A stretch of 56,771 nt of DNA, from positions 62,001 to 118,771 of the forward strand of contig JBFLGF010000067.1 of assembly GCA_050230475.1 (NCBI GenBank), in the 5' to 3' direction. The notes under the pieces were generated by a model that saw only the letters and a program-made list of their open reading frames with translations, was not told where the DNA came from and searched no databases. Origin of the DNA: Ancylonema sp. (taxonomy: Eukaryota). A program made the translations under genes and the position numbers. Positions 38,396 through 51,657 of the stretch are shown here, one piece after another (position 1 is the first letter of the stretch; the number at the start of each line of letters is the position of its first letter).

Positions 38396-39496
38396 CTTGT
38401 CTAATGCTGCTGCACCAAGCAGCCGTGCTAAAGCAGAATAGTCTAAAAAAGAATCACAATTTTCTCTGTAAATGAAATGGAGGCCGTACGTCTCCAAGAC
38501 AGCTGCATGTCGAAGTCATACAGCGTCGTGTGATAGATTCAACCGTAACAACTACTTCTCTTGTCGCTTCTCCCAGCATGACTGACTTTTTTCTGGAGGA
38601 ATCATATGATCACTCCACCCGACAGATATTTATGCATTGGAAAGCAAAGTAAAGCTGCATTTTTTTCTCTTAATATAAGTTTTAGAAGATGCAAGTGATA
38701 GTCGGCAAAAATCCGAACAATTTCCATTTTCCTTCTCGGGACGGTGATACATTTTACAGAATGCAGTTTAGTAATGCACAGTATCGCTATCCTAGATCGG
38801 GCTTGCTTTCAACAGGTCACCGTCCATGCAACCGGCTCAACGTCGTCTAAACAAAGATGGACTCGTTGTGCATTGCCCACTCCACGGTATTCGTGTCCTG
38901 TCAGGAGCATGCGAGGAGCACAGCACTTTTTCCCGGTTTCAGTAAGGCGGTTATCGAATTGGGTCAGCCCGTTGACCATACGTTAATCGTGCTTGAACAC
39001 AGTCAGCGTTGACTACATTGGATGCATCTGCGTGGACAGAAGTGGGACCAAGGACCAGAGAACAAGCACACGTAGAGCCGCATCCAGGTCATCCACTCCA
39101 CGCTGTCTCCCGACACGTATATCCACGTCACTGGACCTCCACTCGCATTGCAGCATCCATATGCATCTGGTCTCATACTGACAGACACATTTGGGAGCAT
39201 CGGAGACATCGGACAGCATGGCAGGGTACACAGAATTGCGACACGCAAGAGGCCATGCCCACACCACGCCTCGGTTCAGCACAGTTGGTACTGAGAGGCT
39301 TCACACATGAGGACGAGAATGCAGCGTCCTAACCTCCTCTGCTCCAGCAATTTTTTGCGGCATTTGCACATCTATTGCCGAACACGACGTTGAAACTGCC
39401 TGTCTCATTGATACAGCTGATAAAATATATTTGGCAGCTTCCCAATTTATAATAATTTGTCAGTCCGCTTTCTTCGTCAACCAGCAATCTGCAACC

Positions 39497-40732
39497 ATGT
39501 CTGCCTCGCTGCAAGATATAAAGGAGGCACAGGGATTGGAAAAGAAGGTAATGCTACCTCCCACATACGATTTTTCGGTCAGAGAATCCACCAGATGCCT
39601 CTTATCTTCGGCCACTGATGTATCTCCGTCAAATAGGAGCCTTGCTTCGATAGACACAGCAAAAAAATAATGCTCCTTCAACGTTGCGGCTAAATTACTC
39701 GACTGTTAGAGATAAGTATTTGTGACTCTCTTGCTTGTCATATCTTAAAAGCTCCAACCCTCTCCATTGTTGATGACCCTCCTTGAACCAATTGCTGGTC
39801 GTCCTTTACACCGTCTCAGGATTTGGAGGAGCGCGCTGAACAGGGCGAGACTGTCGTAAAGGTACCAATTTTTTCTTTTTGGAATATTGGTCATTTTGCT
39901 GGTAGAAATTTCTGTTCGCAAAATTTTTGCGGTTATTGCGTTGTCAGCCCGGTCTGCAGTATTCCTTTTGTGTGACTCTCGCAAACATTTGATCATATTC
40001 GCGATTGTGATTCAATGTTTTGTGTGGTAGGCATGCATGAGCGATTGAGCTGGTGTTGATTTGAAATGGTTGCTGCTGATCTCCGCAGTCAGGGAAAGGG
40101 GGCAAAACCTTGGAATCGCAAGTACACCTGGCAGAAGGTGTCTTATCAACCTCCTACTTTCTGAACACTTCTATTCTCATATGTATATGAGCTGCCATAT
40201 CATGGTTATCGCTTCTTCTGTGAGGATATGGTGCTCGAATGAAGTAAGTGGAACTAAATCATCAATGATTGAGCATGGGCGGCCTTCCAATAATTTTGTA
40301 ATGTATCATAAACGCATACCAACTTTAGAATGTCTCCACATGGGAGCTGAATACAGGTCGAAGCAAGGGTGGTCACACGCGGGCAGGGGAATTGGGAACG
40401 GGGGGTTACAAGGCCACGGGTCAGAAGGTAAGGAAGCTCAAGAAGTAAGACTGATTTGGGGGTGTCGCGGTTCACTTTGGTGATTTTTTGAAGGCTTTGA
40501 ATCTGTGATACTCCAATGCAATTACGTTGCTTCAACTTCCTTCTTGTCAGAATGATTTTGCGAAGAAATTGTGTATCTTGTCGACTGTTTGGGGAGTATG
40601 ATTCGTGAAATAATGATTTCCTTTTCCCTCCCCATTTTTGTGCAGGGTGGGCTGTCCACAAACGAAAAATCTGGTGGAGAGGCTGCCTCAGAGCAAAGAA
40701 TTGAGATCGATGAATCCTTATTCACCACGTAA
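39497..40732 (+). CDS. Em-like group 1 LEA protein (LEA_5, small hydrophilic seed protein), 5 exons, 99 aa
   Basis: Exons 39497-39547, 39820-39861, 40089-40137, 40357-40427, 40646-40732, all GT-AG and in phase, give MSASLQDIKEAQGLEKKDLEERAEQGETVVKSGKGGKTLESQVHLAEGRSKGGHTRAGELGTGGYKATGQKGGLSTNEKSGGEAASEQRIEIDESLFTT. Confidence 0.93.
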
Positions 40733-42213
40733 TTAAGTAAATTGTTTCCATATTGCAAAGTGTAGAGTGCGAAAGGAGAGGAGGATAAGGTTTGCTTCCC
40801 ACTAGCGGCCTATCTTTTATGCATGCCAGATTTGGATGGACGGAATTGATGGGTAGACCAAGAGAAATCGTAAATGCCTAGGAAAATTGAAAGACAATAT
40901 CTTTATTTCAAAATGTTTTGTATGTTGTGCATATGGTGAAGGGTGATTTGTGACTTTTGGTCATGTGAGAAAGTCCTACTGAGAAAGTGGGTACGTTGTT
41001 TTGGGTTATTTTCCAATCCATGAATGAAGAATAACAACAGACTATGTAATAATAATATAAACAAAATGGTGTATCGAATAAATAACAAATCGAAAAATAT
41101 GTGGGCGATTGGGGAAAATACAAAAGTTAGTGGAGTATGTAAAAGAAAGTAAAATGAAAGCTATTGCATGATCAATATTTGATATTTGATATTGGAAAAC
41201 AAGGAAATGGTGTTACAATTTTTTGATCGGGGATAACTTTAAAGATTGTTAATGTGCAACACCATCTCATGTTGATGCAGATATGTGGGAAAACCAGCAA
41301 CAAACTTGATGTTATGAGAAGTAGGAAGTGTTAGTTGGCAATAAAATCATCATGTATATATGGACATCGGCGGAAATATGTTGCGAATGTGAATAAGAGT
41401 ATGTTACATCAAAATATGAAAGAGAGAGATGAGAACGAAAAGAAATATCATAGAATATATTTAAGATCTCAAAATCATATTGAAACTGACGGACTAGAAG
41501 TATTATTTTAGTGAAAAACATTAGAATGGGATGAAAATTGAACCATTTTTGGAAATGATTTTTATTTTCGAACTCCCAAATGAGTATAACAGATGATCAT
41601 GAAATAAGCATAAATAATCGTGAAACCAGTTTATTGTAAATGGTATATCTGTGCTGAAGTGTAATTGGCGATGGAATGTTGCATTTCAAAATATGAATTC
41701 TTAAGGGTGGAAAATGACGGACGCCAGACGTGGATATGTTTGACCACAAGATCAATCAAATGTATTTGCCTTGAGTCGATTTCATGCTTCATTTCCCTCC
41801 TGCCCCTTGTTGCGGCTCTTGCCTATTGGATCCTGCGCCAATGTTGGATGATGAATCACGTTGCGTAGGCCAGCCGCCCCTTCATAGGCTGGGCCTCAGC
41901 TCGGGTCCTTGCTCGCTCCCACTCCACTCCCAACGCTCATCTCACATCAGTCTCCGAGGCGTTAACCGCGTCATGTTTGACTGGGTCTGCTTCAATTTTT
42001 TCACCGACTGTATTCGGCATGGGTATGAGGGCGAACCTCGGCTATCCGAGGCGGGGCACGCCACTACACGAGCGCTCTCGCACAGTGAATCACACAGACG
42101 GAGAGAGGTACGGCGTTGGTTAAGTGGGTGGTATGTGAAGGGTGATTCTTGCCCTTCTGGCATAGCTGCCAGGCGCTTGCGTGGACATATGTTGCCTGTT
42201 GGACGGTTAGGAG

Positions 42214-43233
42214 ATGACCTTGCGGCTTTTGGAGCTTTTCCCCCCGAGTTACCGACCTGGAGCCGCAGTATTCACAGGAGCATCGAGATCGTGTGAAAGG
42301 GCTCTCGCCACTTCTCATTTGGAATGCTATTCAACCGACACTTCGCACTCAGGAATGTTGTCCTCTTGGCCTGCTCAGCGTCCTGTCTGGCCACCATCAA
42401 CTCGTGGCACAAGCTCGCCATCCAATGACCCTTGCACCAGCGACTCAAGCAGCTCAGTTCAGATGCCTTACCATGCTTATCACCCTTCTCCGAGTTCCCT
42501 GGCCGATGGCGGGCCAAGGAACTGGGTGGGTAGCGGAGTAGGTTCAGGGCGGCGGGTAGGTTCCGCTGCAATCCTACATAGCCACGTCAGAATCCAACCA
42601 CATGCACCTTCGCTTACTGCGTCGATGCTGCATTGGCATTTACGCCACGTTTCATCTCCTCCTGGCCCAAAGTTTATAAAACCCCTCCACTCTGGACTTT
42701 CCTTGAATCCGAAACCTCAACTTGGACTCGTTTCCTGCAGTAGCGTCGCACTAGAAGCTGGCGGGGTGACCGAGACCGGGAAATTCACTTTAAATGACAC
42801 CACTCTCATCGGGAGAGGGCTTGAGATTTCAGGAGACGCTAAGGACGTGGATTTAGAGCAGCTCAATTCCTTATTTGCCAAAGTAGGGTTTCCGAAGCGA
42901 GACATTTCCAAGCTACGAATCGCTCTACAGCATACTGTTTCTCTCCTGGTAGTGACGGAATCAGAGGGTGGCCAGTTGGTGGCATTTGCTCGAGCGACAG
43001 GCGATTCCGTGTTCAATGCAATCATATGGGACGTGGTTGTCGACCCCCGGTATCAAGGTAGCGGGTTGGGAAAGGCTATCATGGAGAGACTCTTGGCTCA
43101 ACTTTTAGGTCTAGGAATTTGCAATATCGCTTTGTACGCCGAGCCCAATGTCGTTGGTTTCTACCGCCCTCTAGGATTTGCGCCAGACCCTGCAGGCATA
43201 CGAGGCATGGCATACTCCAAGAAGAGGAGATAA
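42214..43233 (+). CDS. SNAT2: Plastid GNAT acetyltransferase, SNAT2/GNAT1-like, single exon. True start may be a downstream ATG
   Basis: DLEQLNSLFAKVGFPKRD..ALQHT..VAFARATGDSVFNAIIWDVVVDPRYQGSGLGKAIMERL..NIALYAEPNVVGFYRPLGF..DPAGIRGM, with the acetyl-CoA motif QGSGLG. Confidence 0.88.
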   Translation: MTLRLLELFPPSYRPGAAVFTGASRSCERALATSHLECYSTDTSHSGMLSSWPAQRPVWPPSTRGTSSPSNDPCTSDSSSSVQMPYHAYHPSPSSLADGGPRNWVGSGVGSGRRVGSAAILHSHVRIQPHAPSLTASMLHWHLRHVSSPPGPKFIKPLHSGLSLNPKPQLGLVSCSSVALEAGGVTETGKFTLNDTTLIGRGLEISGDAKDVDLEQLNSLFAKVGFPKRDISKLRIALQHTVSLLVVTESEGGQLVAFARATGDSVFNAIIWDVVVDPRYQGSGLGKAIMERLLAQLLGLGICNIALYAEPNVVGFYRPLGFAPDPAGIRGMAYSKKRR

Positions 43234-44084
43234 GAAGTGAAGTCACTCCATGCTTGTCCCTGCTTGTGCCATGCTCACTCTTTTGCAGTCTGCAGTTCAT
43301 CACCCATTCTGCACCACCATCGAGTGTCATGTTTAAAGCAATTTGTCACAATAGATAGTCACTCGCTCAACCGGTTTGAAGGGATCCGAGTGGCATTGCA
43401 AGCTATGTTCAGACATTTGAAATTGAATCACGCAACAGATTCAGCTGTGGCATCAGATGTGTGAATACTCCTCGAATGTAGACCGTCACTAGTGTCAATG
43501 TCCTCCAAACTACACCATCACAACACGGCCGTGAAGCTAACTCTATTGTGTAACGAGATCGCACCTATTTTTGGATCTCGTGCGTGGCGGAATACTAAGG
43601 TCGCCAATGTGACCAATTATGAGGAATGTGAGATAGTGTCTTCAGCATCCTGCCATGATGTTGAAGGTATATATTGCTCAAGTTCGCAATTGACTGAAAG
43701 GCTAAAAGGCTGAAAGGCACAAAGAACACAAGTGCGGTCGCACTTGTGTTCCATCGACCATGGCTCCATCATCCACATCTGCTTCCATCCCGCGTATTGC
43801 AATCCTTCACATGAGCCTGTCGGTAAAGTGCGCCAAGTTGTCTGACATCTTGCATGGTACTCTCAACCACATCTGTACATCAATTTTTCATTATGCATCC
43901 TTATGTACAAATTATGTACAACGGATTTCTGCCTCTTTCCTACAACAAGGGATACCATGAATTCGTACTCGAATCCAGCCTCACTTATTCCCATGTCATG
44001 AACCGTGGTGTGAATACCATTCACCACTCCACACATGCTAGTCTTACCACTATGGGGTACTATGAGTAGTGAGACCGTGGTGGC

Positions 44085-45196
44085 AAGCAATCGACACAAA
44101 ACCTTTACAACTTTATTCCATATAGACACAATGGCAAAAATATGTACACAATTGCTCGAGCTCAATCAATTTCCCACCCCTCGAACATGTCCTCCTTTCT
44201 CTTGCCCCCCCATCCAGTCGTTGATGTTCAACGACGACGTAGATGTCTGAAGCCCTGGTATCGAGGACCCCAATTCCCAAGACATCTGTTCCGCATACGA
44301 TAGCGCATCCCTAAGAATCCCTTCCTCTTTCTCCTCCTCTGACTCGTACCCCTCCCCTATATGTGGGAGCTGATACAGGGGAGAGGCTTTGTGGGGATGG
44401 TTTGGGGGATGGTCAAATGAAACTTGCGGGCCCTGGAAAAAAAAGTCAAAGTCAACGGAATGGAATTGACATCAGAAGATGGACAGGTGGCGGTGTATGG
44501 AGTGAGCAGCGAGTAAGGCTCATATGATCCCATTCGGAACGAAACAATATGCATCGAATCTCCCCTGTATTCGACTGTTTTCGGATCCTAGGATCGCTCC
44601 TCTCACCCGACAACATTCTTCGTAGAAGCGGTAGGCTGCGCAGTCCTTCTCTGAACCCGGCATCAGCATGCTCCCATACCACTGCTGCTCCTCCCTGCCT
44701 TCCCCTGCGATGTACCTGGAGGCAAAAACGACAGGTGGCGACACAGGACTGGTCGTTCTGGGTGACATGTGCACCTCTCATTTCCATTTATTTAATTCCC
44801 TATTCTTTCAGTGATGTCAACTGTTGACTCTGCTGCTTTCCGGTTCCCACATTTCACAAATTTACCCCCAGATGTTTTCCATATTCCCCGCCCGACCGGT
44901 TCTTGGTCTCTTGCTCACTTTGTTCCGTGTTAAATGATAACATCCCTTCTGCTGCTCTTCCGCCCCAAACCCCAAACCCCAAACCCCATTCTATTCCCTC
45001 ACTCTGCCACAATCCGCGACGAGCTCCATCAAAATTTCCGATTTCGGTGAAAAAAAAACGGTAAAAAATGGTCGAAACCCCACGAACCTCTCATACATTT
45101 CCACCTCCTCTGCGTCTGCCTCGCCCATCAACTCCCCCCCCAAAAAGCTCTCCCCTCCTCGCTTGCCAGGCGTCTCAGGATCGGCACCATCACCAC

Positions 45197-45232
<36 letters not shown>

Positions 45233-48200
45233 TATCATTATCATCATCATTATCATCATCATCTGCTTCATCGCCTACTTTTCCGCCCTTCTTCTTGTGG
45301 TGCCCACACAGCCACTCTGGGCTCTGCAGTCCGTATTGCACCTCCCTGCAGACCACACAGAAGAAGCATGGAGGATAAGAGACTGCACGCCCTCTGCCTC
45401 CTCCTTGCTCTCAGTTCATAGGTTCATAGGTCATGACTGATGCGGAGCAATCGGAGGTTATTGGAGGAAGTGAAACGGGAAGAGAGAAGGAAATGGAGGT
45501 GTCCTCCTCTACAACCCCCTTCAAACCACTTCTACATGTTCATGAGTTGTTGATGACAGGCAGAGTTTTAGAAAGAGGCTGTCCTTGTCCTATGGGACGC
45601 CTGGCTCTGATACTGTGTTGGGGACCTTGCCGTGGGCGAAGTGGGTGCTGCCTGCTGGTCACACTCTCTTCCCTCTTTCCAGAACCGAATGTTCGTCGAA
45701 TTCGATAAACCGCAAAAGCCGTTGATACAAACAAGAACATCCAAAAAAAACGGAGAAAACGGGAAACACAACAAAAAAAAAAATCAAAAAAAGAAGGGGG
45801 ATTTCCAGCTAGTGCTCACAATGCTTCTGACGATTCCTCGCCCAACAAATCCATTCCCGAAAGCTCCTCTGTATCCGGATAGATCCTCACACGTTTCATT
45901 CCCTCCCTCTTCTTCCCAATCAGCTTGTCAAACGACGTCAGCTTCAGTCCCCTCACCCTCTCTTGCGCGACCGGGAACGCGTTCACACACGCGCTGGGAG
46001 GCGACAGAGGCTCGGCACTCACTGCTCGACTCGGTATCTGAGAGGCTTGTGGTGACAGAGTTCTGAGGGGTGGGGCCAACACAACGAAAGAGGGGAAAAA
46101 AAAAAAAAAAGGGAGATAGGGATGTGAGGCACTTGGTTTCATCCCCTACTGAAGTGAAATGAGTGCCCACTCCTCTCAGTAGAGCTGTACGGCTGTAAGA
46201 GAGAAGACTTCTATCCATGGAAGTTTTTGGGGTCGTGGGAAGGAAGGCTTGCTTTCTCTCCATTTTCTTCGAAATAATCTTGGTCTTTGGGTCTGTTTGT
46301 TCAGTCCGAATTCCAGACCAGATGGAGTCTGCCCTCCCACTCCACACACTCCACACACTCCATACACTCTACACACTTGAGAGTTGAGAGTTGAGAGTTG
46401 AAACTGTCCAGCCACCGCAACCTCTTCCACACCCATCCCAGTCTGTGCCCACTAGCGTGTAGCGGGCAGAGGAGGGGGGTGCTCACTGTCGGCGCCAGGA
46501 GGGTCTGGGGGAGTTGTTTGGGCTGCCCCTCCCCCCCACGTGCAGATGAGTGTCGTTGTCCAGCTCCCACAGAGCCACGCGACCTTCCTGAGGCTGGAAA
46601 TGGCCCAAAAAACTGCACCCCCAGCCCACCCCACCCACCCTGGTGACTACCACGCCTGGTCGCTGTCGCAGTGTGCCTGTATCGAGGGTGACTGACAGGT
46701 TGATGGCGTCCTGCTTCTCTGCGTCTGCGTACGCGTTGTTGTAGAAGCGGTGGAGGGAGGTGAGGAACTCGCGCGACTGCTGCGTGGCGCGCCAGCTGCC
46801 GTCGCACCCCAAAAACATCTGGACGCGTCAGAGGGGAGGATGACATCAGCGCACGTGGTGAAGTCAGCAAATGATGACATCCGCGAACCAGAACGTCTGC
46901 AAATGATGATGTCGGCAAACGATGCTGACATCAGCATACAATGCTGACGTCAGCGAATGAAGATACCAGAATACGAGGACGTCAGGAAAGCGACGACGTC
47001 ATCCTTCGCGGACGTCACATCTTGCGCTGACGTCAGCATTGTTTGCTGACATCAGCGACCGACCGATGGTCCTGAGGGCCTGCCTCTACTGCCCTTTCTG
47101 TGTAGCGGCAGGGGGGATCTCACGGTGTTGTGCGTGGCAGAGCCCCCGTACTGCAGTGCCAGAGCGTTGCCCATGGACACGTACAGCCCCATGAGCACCA
47201 GGGCCACCTCGGAACCAGACCCCATCTTCACGTCGTCTAGGGGGGGACGGGGGGGGGGGGGCAGAGGTGTTGGATCACAACTCATTTTCTTCTTCTCAGG
47301 TTGCTTCACTCTCCCTCCCATCCCTACCCTTCATTTCTTCTTCTTCCCCCTTCAAATTTCTTCTCAGTCCCCTCTGCACCGAGTACTTGTTGTTCAAGTC
47401 CCCCCTCCTCCCCCCTCACCTCCTGCCAGCCCCAGCACCTTCAGCTGCCTGGCCAGCGCCTGCAGCCCGAAGGCCGTCTGCGCCTCATTGGTGCGGTCCA
47501 GACAGTCAATGCAGTTCGTCCGCTGGACCCCTTTCTGCGACAGAGACCGCCTCCCCCCCCCCTCCTCCTTCCCACTTGCAACACCTCCAACCCCTCCCCC
47601 CGCACCCGACCCCATCCCCACCCCAGCCCCCAGCCTCTCCCCCTCCCTGCCTCTGTGACGCCAGTCCTGGTTCAAGCTGAAGGCAGGGGGGAACGGGGAG
47701 AAAAGGGTCTCTGGCAGGGATGGGGGGGGGCGGGGGTAGTCCAGATGGAGGGAGAGGGGCAGCACCAACTCACTGCGCCCAGGAAGGTGGTTCTAGGGCG
47801 GTCAGGATTTTAGGATTTTAGGGTTTCAGGGACTTGGAGTTTTATTGCTGTAGGGATTTTAGGGATTTTAGGGTTNAAAGCAATCGACACAAAACCTTTA
47901 CAACTTTATTCCATATAGACACAATGGCAAAAATATGTACACAATTGCTCGAGCTCAATCAATTTCCCACCCCTCGAACATGTCCTCCTTTCTCTTGCCC
48001 CCCCATCCAGTCGTTGATGTTCAACGACGACGTAGATGTCTGAAGCCCTGGTATCGAGGACCCCAATTCCCAAGACATCTGTTCCGCATACGATAGCGCA
48101 TCCCTAAGAATCCCTTCCTCTTTCTCCTCCTCTGACTCGTACCCCTCCCCTATATGTGGGAGCTGATACAGGGGAGAGGCTTTGTGGGGATGGTTTGGGG

Positions 48201-48989
48201 GATGGTCAAATGAAACTTGCGGGCCCTGGAAAAAAAAGTCAAAGTCAACGGAATGGAATTGACATCAGAAGATGGACAGGTGGCGGTGTATGGAGTGAGC
48301 AGCGAGTAAGGCTCATATGATCCCATTCGGAACGAAACAATATGCATCGAATCTCCCCTGTATTCGACTGTTTTCGGATCCTAGGATCGCTCCTCTCACC
48401 CGACAACATTCTTCGTAGAAGCGGTAGGCTGCGCAGTCCTTCTCTGAACCCGGCATCAGCATGCTCCCATACCACTGCTGCTCCTCCCTGCCTTCCCCTG
48501 CGATGTACCTGGAGGCAAAAACGACAGGTGGCGACACAGGACTGGTCGTTCTGGGTGACATGTGCACCTCTCATTTCCATTTATTTAATTCCCTATTCTT
48601 TCAGTGATGTCAACTGTTGACTCTGCTGCTTTCCGGTTCCCACATTTCACAAATTTACCCCCAGATGTTTTCCATATTCCCCGCCCGACCGGTTCTTGGT
48701 CTCTTGCTCACTTTGTTCCGTGTTAAATGATAACATCCCTTCTGCTGCTCTTCCGCCCCAAACCCCAAACCCCAAACCCCATTCTATTCCCTCACTCTGC
48801 CACAATCCGCGACGAGCTCCATCAAAATTTCCGATTTCGGTGAAAAAAAAACGGTAAAAAATGGTCGAAACCCCACGAACCTCTCATACATTTCCACCTC
48901 CTCTGCGTCTGCCTCGCCCATCAACTCCCCCCCCAAAAAGCTCTCCCCTCCTCGCTTGCCAGGCGTCTCAGGATCGGCACCATCACCAC

Positions 48990-49025
<36 letters not shown>

Positions 49026-51657
49026 TATCATTATCATCATCATTATCATCATCATCTGCTTCATCGCCTACTTTTCCGCCCTTCTTCTTGTGGTGCCCAC
49101 ACAGCCACTCTGGGCTCTGCAGTCCGTATTGCACCTCCCTGCAGACCACACAGAAGAAGCATGGAGGATAAGAGACTGCACGCCCTCTGCCTCCTCCTTG
49201 CTCTCAGTTCATAGGTTCATAGGTCATGACTGATGCGGAGCAATCGGAGGTTATTGGAGGAAGTGAAACGGGAAGAGAGAAGGAAATGGAGGTGTCCTCC
49301 TCTACAACCCCCTTCAAACCACTTCTACATGTTCATGAGTTGTTGATGACAGGCAGAGTTTTAGAAAGAGGCTGTCCTTGTCCTATGGGACGCCTGGCTC
49401 TGATACTGTGTTGGGGACCTTGCCGTGGGCGAAGTGGGTGCTGCCTGCTGGTCACACTCTCTTCCCTCTTTCCAGAACCGAATGTTCGTCGAATTCGATA
49501 AACCGCAAAAGCCGTTGATACAAACAAGAACATCCAAAAAAAACGGAGAAAACGGGAAACACAACAAAAAAAAAAATCAAAAAAAGAAGGGGGATTTCCA
49601 GCTAGTGCTCACAATGCTTCTGACGATTCCTCGCCCAACAAATCCATTCCCGAAAGCTCCTCTGTATCCGGATAGATCCTCACACGTTTCATTCCCTCCC
49701 TCTTCTTCCCAATCAGCTTGTCAAACGACGTCAGCTTCAGTCCCCTCACCCTCTCTTGCGCGACCGGGAACGCGTTCACACACGCGCTGGGAGGCGACAG
49801 AGGCTCGGCACTCACTGCTCGACTCGGTATCTGAGAGGCTTGTGGTGACAGAGTTCTGAGGGGTGGGGCCAACACAACGAAAGAGGGGAAAAAAAAAAAA
49901 AAAGGGAGATAGGGATGTGAGGCACTTGGTTTCATCCCCTACTGAAGTGAAATGAGTGCCCACTCCTCTCAGTAGAGCTGTACGGCTGTAAGAGAGAAGA
50001 CTTCTATCCATGGAAGTTTTTGGGGTCGTGGGAAGGAAGGCTTGCTTTCTCTCCATTTTCTTCGAAATAATCTTGGTCTTTGGGTCTGTTTGTTCAGTCC
50101 GAATTCCAGACCAGATGGAGTCTGCCCTCCCACTCCACACACTCCACACACTCCATACACTCTACACACTTGAGAGTTGAGAGTTGAGAGTTGAAACTGT
50201 CCAGCCACCGCAACCTCTTCCACACCCATCCCAGTCTGTGCCCACTAGCGTGTAGCGGGCAGAGGAGGGGGGTGCTCACTGTCGGCGCCAGGAGGGTCTG
50301 GGGGAGTTGTTTGGGCTGCCCCTCCCCCCCACGTGCAGATGAGTGTCGTTGTCCAGCTCCCACAGAGCCACGCGACCTTCCTGAGGCTGGAAATGGCCCA
50401 AAAAACTGCACCCCCAGCCCACCCCACCCACCCTGGTGACTACCACGCCTGGTCGCTGTCGCAGTGTGCCTGTATCGAGGGTGACTGACAGGTTGATGGC
50501 GTCCTGCTTCTCTGCGTCTGCGTACGCGTTGTTGTAGAAGCGGTGGAGGGAGGTGAGGAACTCGCGCGACTGCTGCGTGGCGCGCCAGCTGCCGTCGCAC
50601 CCCAAAAACATCTGGACGCGTCAGAGGGGAGGATGACATCAGCGCACGTGGTGAAGTCAGCAAATGATGACATCCGCGAACCAGAACGTCTGCAAATGAT
50701 GATGTCGGCAAACGATGCTGACATCAGCATACAATGCTGACGTCAGCGAATGAAGATACCAGAATACGAGGACGTCAGGAAAGCGACGACGTCATCCTTC
50801 GCGGACGTCACATCTTGCGCTGACGTCAGCATTGTTTGCTGACATCAGCGACCGACCGATGGTCCTGAGGGCCTGCCTCTACTGCCCTTTCTGTGTAGCG
50901 GCAGGGGGGATCTCACGGTGTTGTGCGTGGCAGAGCCCCCGTACTGCAGTGCCAGAGCGTTGCCCATGGACACGTACAGCCCCATGAGCACCAGGGCCAC
51001 CTCGGAACCAGACCCCATCTTCACGTCGTCTAGGGGGGGACGGGGGGGGGGGGGCAGAGGTGTTGGATCACAACTCATTTTCTTCTTCTCAGGTTGCTTC
51101 ACTCTCCCTCCCATCCCTACCCTTCATTTCTTCTTCTTCCCCCTTCAAATTTCTTCTCAGTCCCCTCTGCACCGAGTACTTGTTGTTCAAGTCCCCCCTC
51201 CTCCCCCCTCACCTCCTGCCAGCCCCAGCACCTTCAGCTGCCTGGCCAGCGCCTGCAGCCCGAAGGCCGTCTGCGCCTCATTGGTGCGGTCCAGACAGTC
51301 AATGCAGTTCGTCCGCTGGACCCCTTTCTGCGACAGAGACCGCCTCCCCCCCCCCTCCTCCTTCCCACTTGCAACACCTCCAACCCCTCCCCCCGCACCC
51401 GACCCCATCCCCACCCCAGCCCCCAGCCTCTCCCCCTCCCTGCCTCTGTGACGCCAGTCCTGGTTCAAGCTGAAGGCAGGGGGGAACGGGGAGAAAAGGG
51501 TCTCTGGCAGGGATGGGGGGGGGCGGGGGTAGTCCAGATGGAGGGAGAGGGGCAGCACCAACTCACTGCGCCCAGGAAGGTGGTTCTAGGGCGGTCAGGA
51601 TTTTAGGATTTTAGGGTTTCAGGGACTTGGAGTTTTATTGCTGTAGGGATTTTAGGG
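44085..51657. repeat. Tandem 3.78-kb duplication (44085-47864 = 47878-51657) across N 47876
   Basis: All ORFs repeat at a constant offset of 3793. The first copy ends in a telomere-like tract at the N. Confidence 0.97.
44162..47790 (-). pseudogene. Redundant copy of the 3' half of the SAC1/FIG4 gene, likely contig overlap
   Basis: Same sequence as 47955-51583, including [13 protein letters not shown]. Confidence 0.7.

Noticed and set aside
41930..42300. Possible Pol III ncRNA (telomerase RNA or RNase MRP) after a USE-like TCTCACATCAG
   Set aside because: No properly spaced TATA box, no CCCTAAA template and no MRP conserved regions seen.
45068..45421. Poly-His ORF on + strand (also 48861-49214)
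   Set aside because: Opposite strand of the (GAT)n poly-Asp stretch in a SAC1 exon.
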